From the human T2T-CHM13v2.0 reference genome, Homo sapiens, in the NCBI RefSeq assembly GCF_009914755.1, contig NC_060942.1: a stretch of 64,000 nucleotides of DNA; one strand, written 5' to 3'. A program made the position numbers and the translations under genes. The notes under the pieces are model-generated. The model was not told the DNA's origin. It saw nothing but the letters and a program-made list of their open reading frames with translations, and ran no database searches. Positions 59,170 to 64,000 of this stretch are shown piece by piece. Numbering within the stretch: the first letter of the stretch is position 1; each line of letters starts with the position of its first letter.

Positions 59170-60870
59170 TAAACGTTTTATTTTAGAACAGTTTTAAATT
59201 TATGGAAAAGTTGCAAAGATAGTAGAGTCCCCACAAACCTCACACCCAGTTTAGCATCTTACATCATGTTAACATCTTACCTGAGTATGGTGCATTTATC
59301 GCAACTAGTGGACCAATATTGACACACTGTTATTAACTAAAGTCCATGCTTTATTCAAATGTCCTTAATTTTAACCTAATGTCCTTTTGTGTCTCTGGGT
59401 CTCATCCAGGACATGGTATTATTACCTTTAGCCATCATGTCTCCTTAGGCTTCTCTTGGTTGTGACATTTTCTCAGACTTCCCTTGCTTTTGATGACCTT
59501 GAAATTTTTAAGGAGTACTGCTCAAACATTTTGTAGAATTGCCACAATTGTGTGACATTTTTCTCATGATTAGACTGGGGTTATGGACCTTGCGGGAGGA
59601 AGACCACAAGATGTAAACTATCATTCTCATTACATCACATCAAGGGACACGCTATCAAGGTGACTCATGACTGGTGCTAACCATGGTCACCTGGCTGAGT
59701 TCATGCTTGCCGGGTTTCCCCACTGCAGTTAGTGTTTCCTGCACACTGTTTCCATAATGGATTCTTTGGAAGGAAGTCAGAATGCATAGCCCTCACATAC
59801 AGAGCAGAGAGTTCTGCCCCACCTCCTTGAGGGTGGAGTGTCTACATAATCCATTTGGAGTTCTTCTGCATGGGAGATTAGCCTATCCTTCCCTATTTAT
59901 TTATTTATTCAATCCTATGTTTCTATCAGTATGAATGCATGGACAACTATTTTATACTTTAGATTATAATCCAATGCTATTTGATTTGTTTTATTGCTTA
60001 AATTGTTCCAACTTTGGCCACTGGGAGCTCTCTCAGTTGGCACCTGTGTCCTGTGCCAGACCTGCATCGCTGTGGCTTTCTGGAACACTTATTTACTCTC
60101 TGGCACTGCAAGATGTTCCAGGCTCAACTTGTTATTTCCTGACATAGTCATAGAATAAGCCACTTCCCCCAGGGATCCCTGATTTCTTCCAGTGCAGAAT
60201 GGTATTAGAAACCAAGATCAGAGTGCTCAATGTACTTGTTGCTACTGGGGTGCCATTTAAATTTTAATAAAGTCTATTATTTATTTTTTCTTTCATGGAT
60301 GATGCTTTTCATGTTATATCTAAAAACACCAAATCCAGTGTCATGGAGATTTTCTTCTATGTTTTCTTTTAGAAGTTGTAAGTTTTGTAATTTTCATTTA
60401 GGTCTATGATCATTTGGCGTTAAGTTTTTTCTGTAAGGAATAAGATCTATGTTTAAAATAATTTTTTCCTCATATGAACGTCCAATTGTTCCAGCACTGT
60501 TTGTTGAAAAGTCTACCCTTTTCCCATTGAATTGCTTTTGTGCCTTTGTTGAAATCACCTGGCTATATTTGTGTGGGCCTGTATTTGTGTGGTCCTTACT
60601 GTTTCATTGATCTATTTGTCTGTTCTTTTGCTAAGAACACACTGTCTTGATTACTGGCTTTAGAGTAAGTCTGAGAGTTACTCAGACTTACTGTGAAGTA
60701 AGGAGTGACAGTCCTCTGACTTTGTTGTTCTTTTTCACTGTTTTGTTGGCTCTTCAAGCTCATCTGCTTTTCCACAGAAATTCTGGAATAAGTTTATTGA
60801 CATCTTCAAAATAGCTTTCTGGACTTTTGACAGGGATTGTGTTGACTCTGTTGATCAAGTGGAGAAGATT
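59170..60870 (-). mobile_element. L1MC-like 3' end plus adjacent L1M ORF2 fragment
   Basis: ttttattttagaacagttttaaattta...aaagttgcaaaga; tccaattgttccagcactgtttgttgaaaag. Confidence 0.7.
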
Positions 60871-62619
60871 AAAAAAGTGTGTTTCTTGCTGTTTTGCAAG
60901 TTTTCTGATTTTGGTATTTAAAACATATACTACAAAGTGCCTGAGGGGGAGCTTGTACAGCTTCCTGCAGCCTGCCTGGAGGAGAGACAGCTGCTGCCAG
61001 AAGGTTCCCTGACCAGGGGCTGCTGGTCCCTGGTCTAGTCCTGGCTGGGCTGAGGCTGCTCCAGTTACACTCAGCACTAGGGCTCCCTTCAGGGCACCAG
61101 GCATCTGGAGGATAGAGAGGCAGCTTGGAATCTCTCAATCCATCTACTTCTCATCACAACAGTGTTTGCCCCAAATCATGCCAACCACAGTGGGGGAGCT
61201 GGCAGATGCCCCTGTGTCCCAGTGTCTCTCCTACAAAACCAACACCAGTCACCACCCCATCATGGGTGAAAGCATCATCCCCAGAAAATGCTTCCTTTTT
61301 GAATTCTTATCTTTTACACCTGAGACCAGGTTGACATTGGCTCACTTAATCCCATGATTTATGATTTATAAAAAGCAGTCAGCGTGGCTCAGCAGGGAAC
61401 ACAGGCAGGTGCAGTTGCCTTAGGTGAGAGTGCGAAGCAGCAAAACCCCAGAGCTGCGGTGATTGCTAGAGCAAGGAGGCCAGTAACAGTAGCAGGGACT
61501 AGGGGCCAAAGGACACAGGGACAGGAGAGGAGCTGAGGGCCGGGCAGCCGAGAGCAGGGGCCGGAGTGTCAGGGAGCAACCCAGGCAGCCTGCAGCCTCT
61601 CCTGGAGCTCCCTTTTTATTAGATAAAGAAACTCCATCAAGTCCTTGTTTTACCTTAAAAACTAGTACTAAATTCTTCCCTGCACAGTCCCATTTTCATT
61701 CTCATCTCTGAAATGGCTCAAAATTTCCTCTTTTGAAAAAGCATAAACTAGTTTATAACTGGTTTAGTTAGCCAAACAAATGCCATGAAATAAAAGGATG
61801 TCAGTAAAGATCTGCTTTTTCTCCCAGATGAAGGCTTTAAAATTTGCTGGGTATCTTTGGACGAGTGCCTGGAAGACTTCTCTGCCTTACCTAGCTCCTA
61901 TTCGCCCCACCTTTAAAAAGTGGCCGAGTCCAGCCCAATCAGACCCCAGGGCCACCATGAGTGCAGCGGGTAGCTTTGGCTTCTGGACCTTGCTCTGGAG
62001 TCACTGGCTTTGCGCCATCTATGACAGGGTCTCCATCCTAGGGTCTGGGGGATGTTAACTGGGAAAAAGGAGATTGGGGCATATGAGGAGGGCAGGAGGA
62101 AGAAAGATTTAAGATCTTTTGGGGGCTTTAATCCAAGTAATCACTTAAAGAATTGGCAGTTTTTAGCACCTCTAGGATCCAATTTTAGGTTATATGTCAT
62201 TGGAAATCCAAAAGATACAGGAAACACCGTACTGCCTATGAACATCTAGCTGAGGAGGTAAGACATGCACAGCTGAGAAAGAGGACAGGTGAGCCTTTGG
62301 TCACTTGCAAATTGGGGTCAGAACTGCTCCATGGTGTGGATGGCATGGAAAAGAATTGGCTTCACTTACGAGTGCTTTAGGTAATTCATTCTGTACTGTG
62401 TTGGGCCCACAATGCATGTTCAGCAATTTTACTTAATACTCAACCAGGTAAAACAGCAGATTCCAGGATACCTCAGCACATCCTTACAATTCTGCACTTT
62501 AAGGGCAATTTGATTTTGCCATGGTTTCTCTTGCAATGTTAAAGGTTGGAGACAGGGCAGAGTGAAAGGTATTCTCTCTTAATGCTCCAGTTACACATAA
62601 AGGGTAGGTGTTCCTATTT

Positions 62620-62730
62620 CCTGCTCCCCTGCCTATATTATAGATAAGAAAACGGAGGCTCAGGGAGGTTGGGTTACTTGCTTAAGGTCACCCAGCTGCG
62701 AATCTGCCTCATTCCAAGGTCTGTGCTCGC
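62620..62730 (-). mobile_element. MIR fragment
   Basis: tatagataagaaaacggaggctcagggaggttgggttacttgcttaaggtcacccagct. Confidence 0.7.
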
Positions 62731-64000
62731 TTGGTTATTCCAAAGAGCCTGAGAGGCTGAGTGTTTGGAAGCAGGACAAGCCTAGCTCTGAAACAGGTAT
62801 GGGTAGGAGGACCGGGTCAGGTTGGGCCAAGAGCTGTGGGAGGAGCTGGGAACTGAGGGGCTCAGGACTCTGAGGCTGTTTTGGTGCTAAATAAAACAAA
62901 ATAACAACATAGCACCATAATAAAACTTGTAGATTATTATTAATCAATTAATCAATACTCTGTTGAAATAGGAAAAATTCAAGGACAGATGAATTTCTAC
63001 GTTGTTTTCTGCTCCCGGACCATCCCAACTGCTTTGCTAGGGCCCAGTCACTGTCTCCAGCTGAAGTCAGTTTTCCTTGAACTTACTGATGTTGATCTTA
63101 CAGAGTTATAAGTTACGCTTATCACTGTGAAGACTGGCTGCAGCCAGCAGAGCTCGCTATGGTAGGCAATGGCTCATCTGAATCCAGCGCACATCTTGTT
63201 TTGAATTCCGCATAGGCTCAATTATGAGAGGCCTTCAAGGGAGCCTTATTTTGGGGGTGGCTTTATTCTTTTTCCCCATGCCGGGCACAGGCAGAAGCAT
63301 CTCTCGGTGTGATCATCTTGCAGGCCGCTGGGCAGGTTTACAGCTTTTCCGACACTTCACAGAGAACTGCTGCTTACAGTATAATTTCTTTTTTAATATA
63401 CACAAGACTGGAAATTAGGCATGAATGACAATGTGATCACATCTTAGGACGAGCGAAGGAAAGTCCCGAGAATGGAAGCTTTTGCAGGAGCTCACAGCTA
63501 GGGAGGCATGAAGCCCAGGCTGGAGTGTTCTGGTTGGAAATCAGTGTGATGCTCACCTCCCTGCACAGCCTCACCTGGACCACCACCTTCCACCCGCTCA
63601 CATCTCCCGTCCTCTGAGCTTCACTGCTCATGGCAGGCTTCCTCCACGGTGCCTTCCTGCCAGTGTGACCCACTCGGACCTTTCCCTGCCACGGCTGTGC
63701 TGCTCACACAAACGCTTGCTGCCCCCAGGTTTTGATGCTGGGACACCTACTAGGTTGATTAGTCTCTGTAGTTTGCACATGTTGTTCTCCCACCAAGTCA
63801 GGCTCTGTGCGTTACCCATGCTGCTAGCACAGCGCTTGGCACACGCATATTTTGAGTTGAGAACTTACTTTAAAACCATCTTCCAAATTTTGTACCCTGG
63901 CGGCTCATAGTCAGAGAACAGAGAAGTTAAGACTTTAGGACTCCACCACACTTTAAGGCCCACTGGGTGGGTCTGCACCAGCGCTTGCCTGTCTGTTCAC

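Noticed and set aside
61300-64000. Possible MC2R exon 1 or promoter at the right end
   Set aside because: Only scattered SF-1-like words (e.g. CCAAGGTCT at ~62714, inside a MIR); no exon can be supported, and the first exon probably lies beyond the window

Overview
Human (or very close great-ape) genomic DNA from the melanocortin-2 receptor locus (MC2R, ACTH receptor; 18p11.2 from recall). The only credible protein-coding region is the intronless MC2R CDS on the minus strand (34970-35863). Its coding exon begins at a splice acceptor at 35991, and a ~2.6 kb 3'UTR runs to a distal AATAAA at 32412-32417. Everything to the right is MC2R intron; no first exon is recognisable, and it probably lies just past the window end. 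The rest is mostly retrotransposon-derived: a full-length dead L1PA7-like element, an 11.8 kb nested L1/Alu stack, solo LTRs, Alus and MIRs, plus an orphan CpG island and two minisatellites. I found no convincing new gene system. The best leads are (1) a probable ancient L1 3' transduction bounded by readable TSDs, (2) a MADE1 (miR-548-type) hairpin in the MC2R 3'UTR next to a proximal poly(A) signal, (3) a CRE plus a composite AP-1/SF-1 site in the intron, (4) two AluYs inserted head-to-head at one palindromic endonuclease site, and (5) a microhomology-flanked L1 snippet copied into an Alu. Repeat subfamily names come from remembered consensus sequences and need RepeatMasker/Dfam confirmation.
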